From Somniosus microcephalus (Eukaryota): a DNA stretch of 64,000 nt. Under the pieces are notes generated by a model. The model saw nothing but the letters and a program-made list of their open reading frames with translations, ran no database searches and was not told the origin of the DNA. The position numbers and the translations under genes are program-made. Shown here piece by piece: positions 1 through 12,887 of the stretch (position 1 is the first letter of the stretch; every line of letters starts with the position of its first letter). Location: contig CM126223.1 in assembly GCA_052327205.1 (NCBI GenBank), forward strand, positions 68,572,001 to 68,636,000, read 5' to 3'.

Positions 1-149
1 GGTGGTTTCTTTGTGATGAGACATCTACATCAGACCTGACTATTGATTCAGGGATAGACTGTCTTCAGTTTGATTATATGTTGGTTAAAAGGAAACTGTT
101 TGATGCTTTAGGGTTCTACTTAATCGTCACATAATTTCCTCTAATGGCA

Positions 150-570
150 TGACCGGATTATTGAATGAGTAACTGAACCAGATAGACCAGGAGGGTCCCT
201 GCTCCATGCCAAGTTAGCTGAATCCAGCCGGGACAGTGGTAGAGGCACTGCAATTGGCAATCGTGTCCCTGTGTTAGGGAAGGGGGGGGATGGTGTGGGT
301 ATCCTCCAAAGGTCCCTGTTTCTGATCACTTTCCAGAGGCCCTTACTGAAAGTGCTTATTTGTGGACACGGGTGAGGACAGGATCAAGCTCGGCTGTGAA
401 GCACTCCTTCTCTCTCCCTGCCCACCTGCCCAGAACCCCCAAAAAACACTGAATGGCACTGCCTATCAAGGATCACATAAGAATAATGGCCATTTTGGGG
501 GATTGCTGTAGAGCACATCCTCCATGGAACTGTACCAGTGCAAAAAGCTGATGTGTCCAGGATAGGGGAG
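150..570 (+). mobile_element. tRNA-derived SINE family B (unassigned), degraded copy. Other copies near 1520-1770(-), 3430-3690(-), 5690-5990(+), 9330-9480(+), 11330-11810(-), 25750-25990(-), 32480-32760(+), 49540-49950(+), 60070-60290(-), 62120-62500(-)
   Basis: Recurrent shared motifs across copies (gcact.caattgg...cccagg.tagggaaggg; ggctcaca...atggccacttgggtgaggtacc) with a tRNA-like head. Confidence 0.6.
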
Positions 571-639
571 AATTGCTAATGGGGGCGATTCTAAATGTTA
601 TAAAGATATGTCTGTACCTTGATGTTTCTCAGCCCTGCA

Positions 640-1090
640 TAGAACGATAGCAATTTCCAGCACAGAAGGAGGCTGCTTGGTTCATCGTGTCTGTGCTCGC
701 CCTTTGCTTGAGCAATCCAAAACTAATCTCAAAGCCCTGCCCTCTATCCACAGTCCTGCAAATTCCTCTGCTTCAAATATTTATCGAATTTTCCCTCAAA
801 TGATTCAGTGGTCTCTCCCTGAACCACGCCAAATAGCAAAGCATTCCAAGCTCCAACAACACTGTGTAAAGACATTTTTCCTAATCTCCTCACTCTGACA
901 ATTTTAAATGGATGGCTCCCTAACTGAGGAAATGTTCTTTCCCTATTCACTATCAAAACCCTTCATAATTTTAATAACCTCTGCTGTGTCTCTTGGCCAT
1001 CTCTGATCCAGTGAAAACCGTTTCCTCATAACTTGTTTCCAATCTCTGGCATCATCCTGATGAACCTATGCCGTATATTCTCCGTGGCCA
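640..1090 (-). mobile_element. CR1 LINE 3' fragment, degraded
   Basis: Reverse strand resembles the CR1 ORF2 C-terminus (FEGKFDKYL in ORF 744-956) and 3' UTR. Confidence 0.6.
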
Positions 1091-1225
1091 CCGTGTAGAA
1101 ATTTGCAAACTTTAAAAATTCTAGTTCAAGATAGTCTGGGAGGAGATGCTAAGTGTGGCGCCCCTCTGGAGGTGACATTGTGAGGGTCTATTCCACTGAT
1201 CCCTTAAATGTGATTGGCTCCCCAG

Positions 1226-1372
1226 CAATGTTTCCCCTATGGTGCGCAGCCAATCGCAAGGTCCTGCGCAGGCTGCTCACCAGCGCTGCTGCTGGAAGAG
1301 ATATGGCGGCGGCGGCCTCGCAACAAATTTAAAGGTCCCGGGCAGGAAACAAAAAAATTAGAGGGAACATTG
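1226..1372. mobile_element. ~150-bp hAT-type MITE
   Basis: Termini caatgtttccc...gggaacattg; 8-bp flanks ctccccag/ctccctag. Confidence 0.8.
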
Positions 1373-1769
1373 CTCCCTAGTCAAAAAGTCGTCAAGAGCA
1401 GAACTTCATGTTGTTGTCTTAAGGGTATTTTGTTTCTCTCCCATTTTCGCTCCCTTTCTCCCCTTGCTGGGCGCGATTGCTTTCCAGTGCCACCTCCCCA
1501 GGCGTCCATCATTCATATGCAAGTCTCCACAGCGACCAGGATATTTTACTGTGAAGGCATCACAGCTGATGCCAATCATCTTCTCGCCTGACATCCACAT
1601 GCGCATTTCCAGCAGGCGTCACTGGCTAGTGATGTGGAGCAGGAAGCTTAGTTCATTTTTTCCTCCCTCATCCTATGGGAGCTGCAGTCACTTGTAGCAT
1701 CCCGACTGCCTCCCCGGCAGCTCACCGGGAGTTCTAAACAAAATGTCCAGTCCCAGGCTGGCTGACTGA

Positions 1770-2000
1770 CCTGTTTGGACACCATTCACACCTTTGATTG
1801 CTGTGATTATCTCTCTGCTGAGGTGTGATAAATGGCAGTTGGAAACATTACCTGTAAACATCTGACATGATTCTCTGACTATATAAGCTGTGTCTTTATG
1901 CATTTCTCCACTTCACCTGACGAAGGAGCAACGCTCCGAAAGCTTGTGATTTCAAATAAAGCTGTTGGACTATAACCTGGTGTTGTGTGACTGCTTACAT
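1770..2000 (+). mobile_element. Penelope-like element terminal repeat fragment
   Basis: TATA-like tatataa, hammerhead-like core at 1913-1949 and AATAAA downstream, the typical PLE pseudo-LTR layout. Confidence 0.6.
1913..1949 (+). ncRNA. Minimal type I hammerhead ribozyme motif
   Basis: tcac-CTGACGA-a-GGAGC-aac-GCTCC-GAAA-gctt-gtga: conserved core, 5-bp stem II, palindromic stem III (AAGCTT), stem I tcac/gtga. Confidence 0.7.
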
Positions 2001-2196
2001 TAAAACTTAAAGGGAAGTAACAGTATGAATGAGGAACGTCACCTAAGTAATTGATAAATATCTTTATGATATATTAGCACTATATAACAGTTCCTTAGCA
2101 TGCACCTATATGTTATTTAAATATTTATGTATAACAGCTCACCTCTTTTTCATTTGTAACTTTAAATAATTCTTTTTGTTGAATTTTTTTTTAAAG

Positions 2197-2337
2197 TCTT
2201 TAATCAAACTATGGACCTCTATGGAAGTGCAGGCCTATTTACCCTCCCCGCCCGCAGAGCTGCTGACATTCACCGAGCTGGTACTGGACAGTCAAGGTCA
2301 ACTATTACAGCTGAACAGGCTTCCCGGAGGCAATGAG
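2197..2337 (+). CDS. ACACA: Acetyl-CoA carboxylase 1 coding exon A (141 nt): [47 protein letters not shown]
   Basis: T-rich tract ending AAAG before 2197 and GTAAGT donor at 2338. Peptide matches the ACC TELVLD...NRLPGGNE motif; SLIKLW...LPSPP is ACC1-type rather than ACC2-type. Confidence 0.95.
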
Positions 2338-2865
2338 GTAAGTGTAAAGAAACTGGAAAGTACGCTGCAGCCGTAGTCCTGTTATTTATCTAACTTGGCC
2401 AAATGACGAGCCCACGGCCACTTAGCCAAGAAATGGCTGAGCACAAATTGGTCGCCACAGTTGCAGATATAACGAGCAGTGACTGAACTTCAGAAAGTTG
2501 CTCTTCGTTTGTAAAGTGCATTGGGACATCCTTAAAATGTTAAAGGAGCTATAAAAATGCAAGTTTTTTTTAAATTTAATAGTACGGAAAGGTAATGCTA
2601 CCTGCGTTTGATCACAATTTGTATTATTTGCATTTGACTGCCACGTTGGCCTATATAACAACAGTGACTATAGTTCAAAAGTACTTTATTGTCCGCGAGG
2701 TGCTTTGAAACATCTTGATGTGAAAGGCACTATAAAAATGCAAGTTTTCTGCTTACTTGCTGCCAGTTTTATTGAAATGCATTTTTTGTGACAAAAGAAT
2801 TTATACAAATTTAAAGAGGTTTTAATTTACTCTCTGCACCTTAATCCCATCAGTTCCTCTCATAT

Positions 2866-2998
2866 AAAAACATAATACTGCGGATGCTGCAAATCTGCAA
2901 TAAAAACAGAAAATGCTGGAAATACTCAGCAGGTCAGGCAGCGTCTGTGGAGAGAGAAACAGAGTTAACGTATCAGGTCGATGACCTTTCGTCAGTTC
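2866..2998 (-). mobile_element. Penelope-like terminal repeat fragment (second family); related pieces at ~7230-7475, 35120-35310 and 59230-59330
   Basis: Reverse strand reads CTGACGA-a-AGGTC-atc-GACCT-GATA (core mutated from GAAA). Flanked by 16-bp direct repeat TCAGTTCCTCTCATAT (2850-2865, 2992-3007). Confidence 0.65.
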
Positions 2999-3192
2999 CT
3001 CTCATATCCCTGTTTGCATAATTTACTTCGATTGTTAACCAGTTTACTTTAAATGGTTTTGTTGAAATGGCACAAACAGCAATTTAATGGGGCATATTAA
3101 CTAGCGTTCTAAAAAGTACCACAGGTTTAAAAAATCAAATCCAGTGGGTTTTCTCTGTTGCCCAGCGAACTAGGGTATTAAAATTACTCTGG

Positions 3193-3358
3193 CACTGTTC
3201 TTGTTGAGCTGCGAGGTCGCGCAGCACTCTGGAGGTCCCACGCAGGCCAGTCACCGGCTTTTGAATAGAAAATTGTGCAATTTGAATGGGCCGCACAGCC
3301 CGTTAAAGGGGCCATGCACCGCCCCCACCCCCACCAAAAAAAATTACAGGGAACATTG
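3193..3358. mobile_element. hAT-type MITE, same family as 1226, left end degraded
   Basis: Internal similarity to the 22879 copy; right terminus gggaacattg. Confidence 0.7.
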
Positions 3359-4260
3359 TCTGCTGAAGGTGCTGATTCTTTGCTGGGGCCTGGTTCCACA
3401 GATGCCTAAAACCCTCCAGTATCTCACCCAGATAAATCTTCATGTGTGAGCCCTGGCGATGAGTGTTAGCAAGCTGTTCACCCAGGGGTGGGGGAAATGC
3501 ATGACCAGACCAATCCTGTTCTCGCCAGACATTCACAAATACGCACTTCCAGCAGAGTTTCCCCTCCCAAGTCCAGGGCACTGAGGCAAATTTTTATGCC
3601 CCCCCTTGATGCCCTGGCTGAGACCAGTTAACGCAGCACAGACCACCTATCGAACCTGGGACGATCAGTACCACACCTGGGTGATTGCAAAGTTTTGCAT
3701 TTATGGTCACGAAAGAAAGAATGAAAGAACTTGCATTTATATAGTGCCTTTTACAACCTCGGGACGTCGCAAAGTGCTTTCCAGCCAATTAAGTACTTTT
3801 TGGGTGGGGGTTAGACGAGAGGCCTAGTATTTGGGCGTTACGGGACCCTGAGAATATTATTAAATGGGGATTTAGTAGGATTTGCTTTCCTAGAAGAATG
3901 AGAGCAAATGGGCCAAATAATCCTGTGAAAGACTGTCATCAAAAAAACATTGGAGGTATCGCTGAAATTATATCCCCCTCGGCAGTGGATTTACAGGAGG
4001 CCCACCCCAATTCTACCCCTCCTGCTTACCATGATCGCGATCCTTTTTTGTATTGGGGCAAAATTATAATTTCTAAATGCCGAGTTTTATTTACAATGGT
4101 TCCTAAAAGAATTTGCTTCACTGCTTGTGGCTCAGGCACAGTTGGGCAGCATTGCAAAATTTAGGCTTAATTTTTATTTTCTTGTTGTAATCTATAGGAA
4201 ACTAGTAACTTAGTTTGAGGTTTTTAAATCTTAGCTGCACAACATAATTTTCCAATAGTT

Positions 4261-4392
4261 NNNNNNNNNNNNNNNNNNNNNNNNNNNNNNNNNNNNNNNN
4301 NNNNNNNNNNNNNNNNNNNNNNNNNNNNNNNNNNNNNNNNNNNNNNNNNNNNNNNNNNNNNNNNNNNNNNNNNNNNNNNNNNNNNNNNNNNN
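4261..4392. other. Assembly gap (132 N)
   Basis: Run of N. Confidence 1.
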
Positions 4393-6272
4393 ATTAATCC
4401 CATGTCCAAGTGCAGTCTGCATTGTGAAGGACTAAACCCAGCCGCACAATTTCCATTCTGTGCTGCAGTTGATGAAAACTGAGAAAATGGACAATTCCCC
4501 AAGGAGCGGGGCTTGCTCCTGGTTGAAATTACCAGCCGCGCCGCGCTGCCTGGACTTGAGCATGTACTGTTTGCTCTGTCTGGAGCTGTACAAACGGTAT
4601 ATAATGCAGCACTGTAACATCTCAACAACTCCAAAATAGGATTTGGTGTTCTAATTAAAGAGAGAGGCTCTAGGTGGAAAGAACTCATTTATAAAATAGA
4701 GTTTAGTTTATGCCGCCAGTGAAGTAATTAATGAGTAGAGCAGCATTTTTTGATAGAAAAATCAGAAGGGGGATAAAAAAGTGCAAGTTTAACCCTTCAA
4801 AGGTTGCAGGGCTTTATGTATCATTGATGAGGAAAAAACAGAAATATTGTACAAAACAATATTACGAGCGCAATTAGATTGAACATGTACTTGATATTAG
4901 CTACAAATGTGTCTATGAAATTCCTTTGCGCCCTAGTTTAATGATGGTGTTGACCTGTTTATTTTAAATGGGTTCCACTTTTCCTAAAATAGTGGTCAGA
5001 GGCATTTTGTACAAATACATTCATTATTAATATGGCACAAGGCAATTTCAACCTATATGAGAATTGTACCCGTTAGGCTGATCACTGTTTACAGGGCAAG
5101 CAGAACGAGGAGTCCCTTTAGCCAGAAACACACATGAGCAGGTTTTCTTAACACTATATTCAACACTTGTCTCTTTTCTATGCTGTTGCTTAGTTTTAAC
5201 CAGTTTTTATTTCCTCAGTAATAAAGATTAAAGAAAGAAAGAACTTGCATTTACGTAGAGCCTTTAGCGCCCTCCGGACACCTTCACATTCAATTAAGTA
5301 CAATTCCGTGTGGTCATTGTTGTTATGTAGGCAGCCGCAGATAGGTTCCACAAACAGCAATAAGATAAATGACCAGATAGTCTCATTTTTGGTGGTGTTT
5401 GTTGAGAGATGAATGTTGGCCAAGACACCAGAAAAACTCACGCTCTTCTTCAAATAGTCCCATGGGATCTTTTGCATCCACCTGAACAGGTAGACGGGAC
5501 CTTGGTTTAAAGTCTCATCTGAAAGTCAACATCTCTGACAACGCAGCACTTGCTTAGTACTGTACTAAAGGGTCAGCCTAGATTATATGCTTAAATCCTA
5601 GAGTGGGACCTGAATCCATGATCTTCTGACTCTGACCTGAGGGTGCTGCCTCTGAGCCGAGCTGACCTCTGGTATCTCAGTTATTGAACGTGCTGTTTAG
5701 TTGGTAAGGGTGGAATTGAGCCATCCAGACGAGGAAGCTCTTGGGATCGACCTGAGTCTACGTCGAGTTAGCTGGTCTGAACTAGGGTAGCAGTAATGGT
5801 GCTGTGATTGGCTTCAGTGCCCCCAGGGTAGGGAAGGGGAAATCGGCCATGGTTTCTGTTTCTGCCTTCTGGAAAGTGTGCATGTTTTGGATGAAGGCAC
5901 TCATTGTCTCTGCTCACAAATAAAGAATGGCCACTTGGGTGAGGTACCAGAAAGTGGCTGGACCTTGTGATACCGTAACCGAACTTGCGATCGTGCTTTG
6001 AAGTGCGTGTATATATATTTTGTCTGCGTCTTTATTATGCCTGCTGCAGCTAATCTGCTCCTTGGCTTCTGAATAACCAGCCACAGGGTGATCGAAGAGA
6101 ACTGTGCTGGTTGGTTTGTTGTTTGCTTTTATTAATTCATTTATTTTTCCCTCCCTGGTTGGGGAACTGCATCCCCTTCCTTGCCAATCCTGCTGCGATC
6201 AGGACTTTTGTCTGAGAGAATTGCAGGCATCATTTCCAGTCCCTGTGGCACAGTCCTTTTGAAAACAACAAT

Positions 6273-6989
6273 GGGCTGGATTTTGCTCTGTGGCCAGCCA
6301 TTCATTACACTTGCAATTGCCCACAGACTTTCTATGGGATTTTGCATTGGAACTTGCTGTAAATTAGGGAGCCAAAACAGCACCGTGTCCTCTACAGGGA
6401 ATCGGAGACCTGTGTGTATCTCCTTAACCAATCAGATGGGAGAATTGTTAATGAGCAGTGCAGAGTCTGAACCAGGAAGTGTCGGTGAGAATATTTCAAT
6501 AATTCAATGTAAAATCTGGTACAGAAAGTGAAATAAAAAGAGGGAAAGGAAGATCGGATTGAGAGAGATGAAAGAAAAAGTTCTTTTTTATAAAGTACTT
6601 AAATTTTTTTTTTTTTAAATCTCTTAATTAAAATCTGAAGGAACGAGACTCCACACTTAAGTTAATTTTCAGTGCCAGAGAGGTTGTTTGGCAGTAATCA
6701 AGACTTATAACGCCATTAAAAATTTACTTATACTGGAATGGACAAGCCCTGAATTTTTCCGCCGTGTTTAGTGGGTATGAATCACGTAAAGGCAGCAACC
6801 TCACACGCTTCATGTGTTTCAATGGCGTGTCTCTGGGCGAGATACCATTCCTGCACAGCTTCTGGAGGAGCAGGCCAACTTGGTCAGCAGCTTCCTGATT
6901 TCCACGTTTAGCCTCACATGTCTGATTTACACTCTAGTAACGGTGAACGCCGATAGCCGCACTATTATTTGTACAGCAAAATCCGGCCC
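6273..6989. mobile_element. Non-autonomous PIF/Harbinger-type DNA transposon
   Basis: TIRs gggctggattttgct / agcaaaatccggccc; 3-bp TSD AAT/AAT. Confidence 0.75.
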
Positions 6990-7944
6990 AATATGTTGCA
7001 GCACTTGACCACATGGGTAAAATAACCTCTTGCAATTTGGATTTGAATGGGTGATATATGTATATCTGGACCTGGTGGTACGTAAAGATCCAGTTCAAAT
7101 AACTTACATTGTTCCAATGAAGCTCAACGTAAGCTCGAGGAACAAGCACCTCATCTTTCGATTAGGCACTTTACAGCTTTCTGGACTCAACATTGAGTTC
7201 AACAATTTCAAACTATAACCCCTGCCCCCATTTTTCATGCTGTATGATTTTGCCATCCCCATTTGCAACATTTTATCTTTCCTGCCTCTTACATAAGTGC
7301 AGTATGTTCCTTCAATTCCTTCCTCCCCTCCCGCCCCCCACCCTCCCTGTCTCGGCATCTGCTTAATATCTGTTACATCTCCAGCTTTTTCCAGATCTGA
7401 TGAACATTAATTCTGTTTCTCTCTCCACGGATGCTGCCTGGCCTGCTGAGTGTTTCCAGCGGTTTCTGTTTTTATGCACATAACTAGTTTGCCAAGAAAT
7501 GTGTACTTTGGGTCTGGATTATGCTTATTTGGGGGTGGGGGGGGGGGGGGCGAGTCAACTGGAAATATTTGTCCCTTGTTAGTTTGTTGAATCACTCATG
7601 CTGAAATTGAATGTAATGAAAGAAAATCTGATCTTTTGCAAGAGGTTAATAATGTTGGAAAGATGATTGATATGTGCTGTACTGATCGTATTCAGAGATC
7701 TGCTGAGCAATGAAATAATTTGAGGCCTTTTCTGCTGGATCAGGCCTGCATAGGAAGTGCTGTCATGTCTGGACCGAGTGCTAGGAGTTGGGAAGTGGTT
7801 TGGTACATTGGAGTTTGGACCAAGACCGTGTTTATCTACTTTAATATTAGTTAGTATTGAAATACTTTAAGTTGTAATGAACATCATTATTATAATAGTT
7901 ATTTGGAGCTCCCTGGTGGATCAGTTGTTAAGAAAGAAAAAGAT

Positions 7945-8404
7945 AGAAAGACTTTCATTTATATAGCGCCTTTCACAACCACCGGATGCCCCAAAGCACT
8001 TTACAGCCAATGAAGTACTTTTTGAAGTGTAGTCACTGTTGTAATGTAGGAAATGCGGCGGCCAATTTGCGCACAGCAAGCTCCCACAAACAGCAATGTG
8101 ATAATGACCAGATAATCTGTTTGTGATGTTGATTGGGGGATAAATATTGGCCGGGACACTGGGGATAACTCCCCTGCTCTTCAAAATAGTGGCATAGCAT
8201 CTTTTACGTCCACCTGAGAGGGCAGATGGGGCCTTGGTTTAACGACTCATCCAAAAGACGGCACCTCCGACAGTGCAGCACTCCCTCGGTACTGCACTGT
8301 AGCTTCCGCCTAGATGTCTGTGCTCGAGTCTCTGGCGTGGGACTTGAACCCACAACCTTCTGACTCCGAGGCGAGGGTGCTACCAACTGAGCCACAGCTG
8401 ACAC
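7945..8404 (-). mobile_element. Deu-domain tRNA SINE (SacSINE1/AmnSINE1-related), full-length. Other copies ~5235-5665(-), 10185-10625(-), 13480-13840(-), 28245-28640(+), 33140-33560(+), 47255-47670(+), 57320-57600(+), 63848-64000(-)
   Basis: Head with A/B boxes (tggctcagttggta; ggttcaagtccc), Deu-like core gcagtaccgagggagtgctgcactgtcggaggtgccgtctttt...caggtggacgtaaaagat, and tail aaggcgctatataaatg. Confidence 0.8.
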
Positions 8405-8537
8405 TGCGGAGTGTGGAACTGAGCCATACAGGCCAACACGATTCTCTGTACCAGGTTACATGATCTCCATTGCAGCTGTTGTTACCCCTCGGGTAAGGAA
8501 AGGAGTGCTGCTGAAAGTGCACGCATATGATTGTGGT

Positions 8538-9322
8538 CGTCTTCTTAGGCAGTCCCTCGGAACCGAGGATGACTTGCTTCCACACTGAAAATGAGTTCTC
8601 AGGTGACTGATGAGTCCAACGTGGGACCTACAGTCTCTGTCACAGGTGGGGCAGACGGTGGTTGAAGGGGCCGATGGGTGGGGTGCTTCGGTTGACGTGC
8701 GCTCCTTCCGCTGTTTGCACTTGGCTTCCGCTTGCTCCCGGCGAAGAGACTCGAGGTGTTCGGTGCTTTCCTGATGCTTCTCCTCCACTTTGTGCGGTCT
8801 TGGGCCAGGGATTCCCAGGTGTCGTTGGGGATGTTACACTTTTTCAAGGAGGCTTTGAGGGTGTCCTTGGAGCGTTTCCTCTGCCCACCTGGGGCGCTCT
8901 TGCCGTGTCGGAGCTCCGAGTAGAGCGCTTGTTTTGGGAGTCTCGTATCGGGTATGCGGACGATGTGGCCCATCCATTGGAGCTGATCGAGCGTGGTCAA
9001 AGCTTCGATGCTGGGGATGTTGGTTTGAGCGAGAACACTGACATTGGCGCGCCTATCCTGCCAATGGATTTGCAGGATCTTGCGGAGGCAGCGTTGGTGG
9101 TACCTCTCCAGTGCTTTGAGGTGCCTGCTGTACATGGTCCATGTCTCTGAAGCATACAGGAGGGCGGGTATCACTACTGCTCTGTAGACCGTGAGCTTGG
9201 TGCTGGGTTTGAGGTCCTGGTCTTCAAACACTCTCTCTTCTTCAGGCGACCGAAGGCTGCACTGGCACACTGAAGGTGGTGTTGGACTTCGTCATCAATG
9301 TCTGCCCTTGTTGACAGGGTGA
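8538..9322 (-). mobile_element. RTE-clade LINE, 5'-truncated
   Basis: ORF 8599-9270 has the RTE C-terminal signature (TKLTVYRAVVIPALLYASETW, QRCLRKIL, RLPKQALY) and a C2H2-like CPTCDRDCRSHVGLISHLRTH. Confidence 0.9.
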
Positions 9323-12042
9323 CTTGTTGATGATTGTGGTGGGAGTACAGGGTTGGACTTGGTTGTAACATGTGAATACTCAGTCTAGGCTCACAAAGAG
9401 CAGCCACTTGAGTGAGGCTCTGAACAGCAGGCAGTGCCCAGAGAACTGCACGAGCCAGCATCTTCAGAAAAAGGGGGAAAGAATCCATTTTATCTGCCGA
9501 CTGGTTGCAGGAGCAACATTTTGAAAGCAGCACCCCCCTCAGTTAGGCCATTGCACCTTGCATTTAGTAGCAAGTTAACCTATTTTTTATCTTTTTGACG
9601 GATCATGGTTCATAAAGCTGCTGATACAGCAATATTATATGTGATCAGATTTTATTTTGTCGGGGTAAATTATCCTCTGGGGACCCTCATTTGGGCACCT
9701 GACCGACACATCCTGAAGTGCTGGAGAGAAGCAGCCAGAAGACCCTGTGGTCCAAAGATGGCTTGGGGAGGAGGGGCTGAAAAGAGAAAGGGCATTTGCC
9801 TGCTTAATAGGGCTGTCCATGGGGATGCTTCATTCCACAGAGGTCTGGGGCAAGCGCTCATGCCAGGTTTCCGAAGATGTCCCTCCTCTGAGCTGCCCAG
9901 CAGTCGGCAGTGGAGGAAAGTGAGCCCCTCGCGCCTCATTGCCGCTGTGATGCTAGGCCTGAGCCTACGCCAGATACACGCCAGCGATGTAACTTTGGGA
10001 AGAGCCGGGAAATCCTGGAGTAGTGCAGTGAAGGTGACGATCTGACGTAACAGGTCTCCCAGTCCACCCCCTCCTGGGCTCCTGCACCAGGGAACTAAAT
10101 GCAATGAATAAGAACATACACCCTATTGTGTTGCTGTAACATAGTAAGTGATGACCATTAACTTTAAAATCATTAAGTAAAAATGAAAGAACGTACAATT
10201 ATAAAATTAATTATTACGTCCTCTTGACATCATAAAATGCTGTATAACCAATTAATTACTTTTAAGTCCAGGTAGTTGTTACGTAGAAAAAAAACAGCAG
10301 CCAGTTAAAGCCAGGCAAGGTCCCACAAACTGGAAATGAAATGAAATGAAATGACCAGTCAGTCTGTTTCTTCTGGTGTGGTGTTGGTTGAGTCAGCAAT
10401 GTTGGCCAGGTCACTGAAAGAACTTCCTCCTCTTTTGAATAGTGAGATTTCTTACATCCACCTGAACAGAAAGACGGGGCCTCAGTTTACTGTCACGTCC
10501 GAAAGACATCACCTCTGACGGTGCAGCACTTCCTTTGGTTCTGCACTCGAGTATCAATTTAGATTATGTGCTCGCATCCTGGAGTGGGGCTTGAACTCAC
10601 GACCTTCTGACTTAGAAACTAGTGCTAAAGTAGACCGATATTAAAGAATACAGCCCCTTCAGATGCTGAGTATGGCCCCCTGAGGGGTGGCGGGTTTGCA
10701 CCTTTGTCCGGTAGAATTCAAGATCACCATTTCAGTTTTGAACAAAAACATGACCAAGGAGAATGAATTTGGTGACATTGGGCAGTGCAAAATTGAACTT
10801 TTGTTTTTTCTTGAGTGGGAGTGCAGTATTGTATCGAATCTTATATGATTTAAGATAACAAATTGAATTTAAAAGCCTACTGTTGCATAAATCAGATGAC
10901 TGTAGTTTCTTTGTTGTACTGGTAACAGGTGAAACTAAATGATTACCAATAATTATTGTCATTTTTTCTTTTGGGTTGAAAGGGACGACAGAGTTAATTT
11001 CTGTGACAAACATTTTTTTAAGGGTTGAATTTGAATAATTTTGCCACACCGACTATGTACTGAGGCTAAGAGGAAATGTGCTCCTTTAATGTACTTCTGC
11101 TGAAATCCTATTGTGACACAAAACAAACTAAATCCTGCAGGATTTGTGAAGATCCCATTGTAACTTAAACCTCCACTGGCTATCTTCTAGAGTCTTCTCT
11201 AATCCTTTATGATTTACACTTTGTTTGGGATACAGTAGGATTTTTATACTCTTGATTTTCCATCATTATTTAGACCCAGGATTGCCGACTGAAGCAAGAT
11301 TTCTGCAGAAGCACGTTGTGCAGTGAAAAAGGCTTTATTTGGGAAATTCTGTATTTTATGACCACAACAATGTGACCGTTAAACACTCTTCCCTGCAGCC
11401 TCCTTCTGAAAACATTGACTATTGGTGGGATATGCTGCTGGCAGCTCCCAGTGCCTTGCCCATGTGGCCAGTCTTCATATTTGAGCCGAGACCATGTGAG
11501 TCTAGTGGGCTATTATTATTCCATAGGAGGCATCACAGTTGATGTCAATCCGGTCCTCACCAGGTGGCCAAACGATGGGCACTTTCCAGCGGGGGTTGCT
11601 GGATGATGCTCAAGAGAACAAACCCTGGATGAGTTTCTAGCCCCCTGCCTGGACCTGGGATGCTGAGGTCCACTGTAGTGCCCAAAGACCTGCCCTGGCT
11701 GAGATCAGTTGGCTCAGCAAAGGCCAGGGACTGAACTGGAAACCTTCCTGGTCTGTACGGCGCATTTACACACTGGGCAGTGCATTTACCAACCGAGCCA
11801 CCAGGGGAGGTTGTTTAAGATAGTTTCCTTTAAATATGTTTGGGTGCGATATCTTCCCTGATTATACTTCAGTAAATAAACCAACAGTATACGCAGTGGT
11901 GGGGATGAGCCATGGGTACTTGCTGCTGTGGCAGCAAACTATGTTGTTGCACTGCAAGAGGTCTTGAGAGCACGAGGGTAATTTCAGCAAGGCCCAGCTC
12001 CAGGTGCAGAGATGGAAGATGGCAGTGCAGAGTTGAGTCATA

Positions 12043-12887
12043 GGGCTGGATTTTGTCAATGGAGGCGGGACTCCCACTTTTTGGGTTGTAGTCCTGCCTC
12101 CATCGACTTGTGGCCAACCCACACTATTTTCCCTTGATTGACCTTGTTAAGCCCGCCCAGCGGGCTCAGCAGATCAATTAAGGGACACCTGGTTACTGGT
12201 GACGTCAGTGATTGACATTTCATCTGTCAAGAGCTTTTGACAGATGAAAAATCAGCGATTGACAGCTCTGAAGCTGTCAAACACTGACAATCTGTCTTCT
12301 AACTTGAGTCCTTCTACTCAGACTCAGTTAGAGATCTCTCCAGACCAGAAAGCAGAATGCTGCAGATTTTGACATTTCAGCGGCCATTCTGCTTTCTGTG
12401 CCGGTGAACTGAGGGACTCCCGAGAACTGAAGAGAAGAAGCCTGCAGGAGAAAGTAGAGGTAAGTAAAACTTATTAAAACACTTAGCTCACACACTTACC
12501 TCTGCACACATGCACCCCTCACACACTTACCTCTGCACACATGCACCCATCACTCATCTGCACAACGGACATCTCGACCCCTCCGACCCCTTCAGACCGA
12601 CGGTCCACCTCGCTAACTTGGCGTGGTTCAGAGCCGTCGGGAAGCCCACACTTCAGGGCTAAAAATAGGGATTAGGCAAAAAAACTGCCTGTTAACTACC
12701 TGTTAACAGGCAGTTAATTGGCACTAATCACCTTCCCGCCTCGGGGAGGCGGCTCCCAGCACAGGTCGGATACCCGCCTCCTGGGACATTGGCACGGAGG
12801 CGGGTTGGGGGTGGGATGGGTTCGTGCCCCCCGACTCTGCAATTTTCCCACCACTCCTGCCTCCATGGGGCTTGGAAATTTGAGCCC
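12043..12887. mobile_element. Non-autonomous Harbinger-type element with an internal 31-bp tandem duplication (~12487-12549)
   Basis: Termini gggctggattt / aaatttgagccc; TSD ATA/ATA. Confidence 0.65.

Noticed and set aside
8330-8404. tRNA gene
   Set aside because: It is the tRNA-derived head of a SINE, as are the similar segments at ~47090-47160 and elsewhere.
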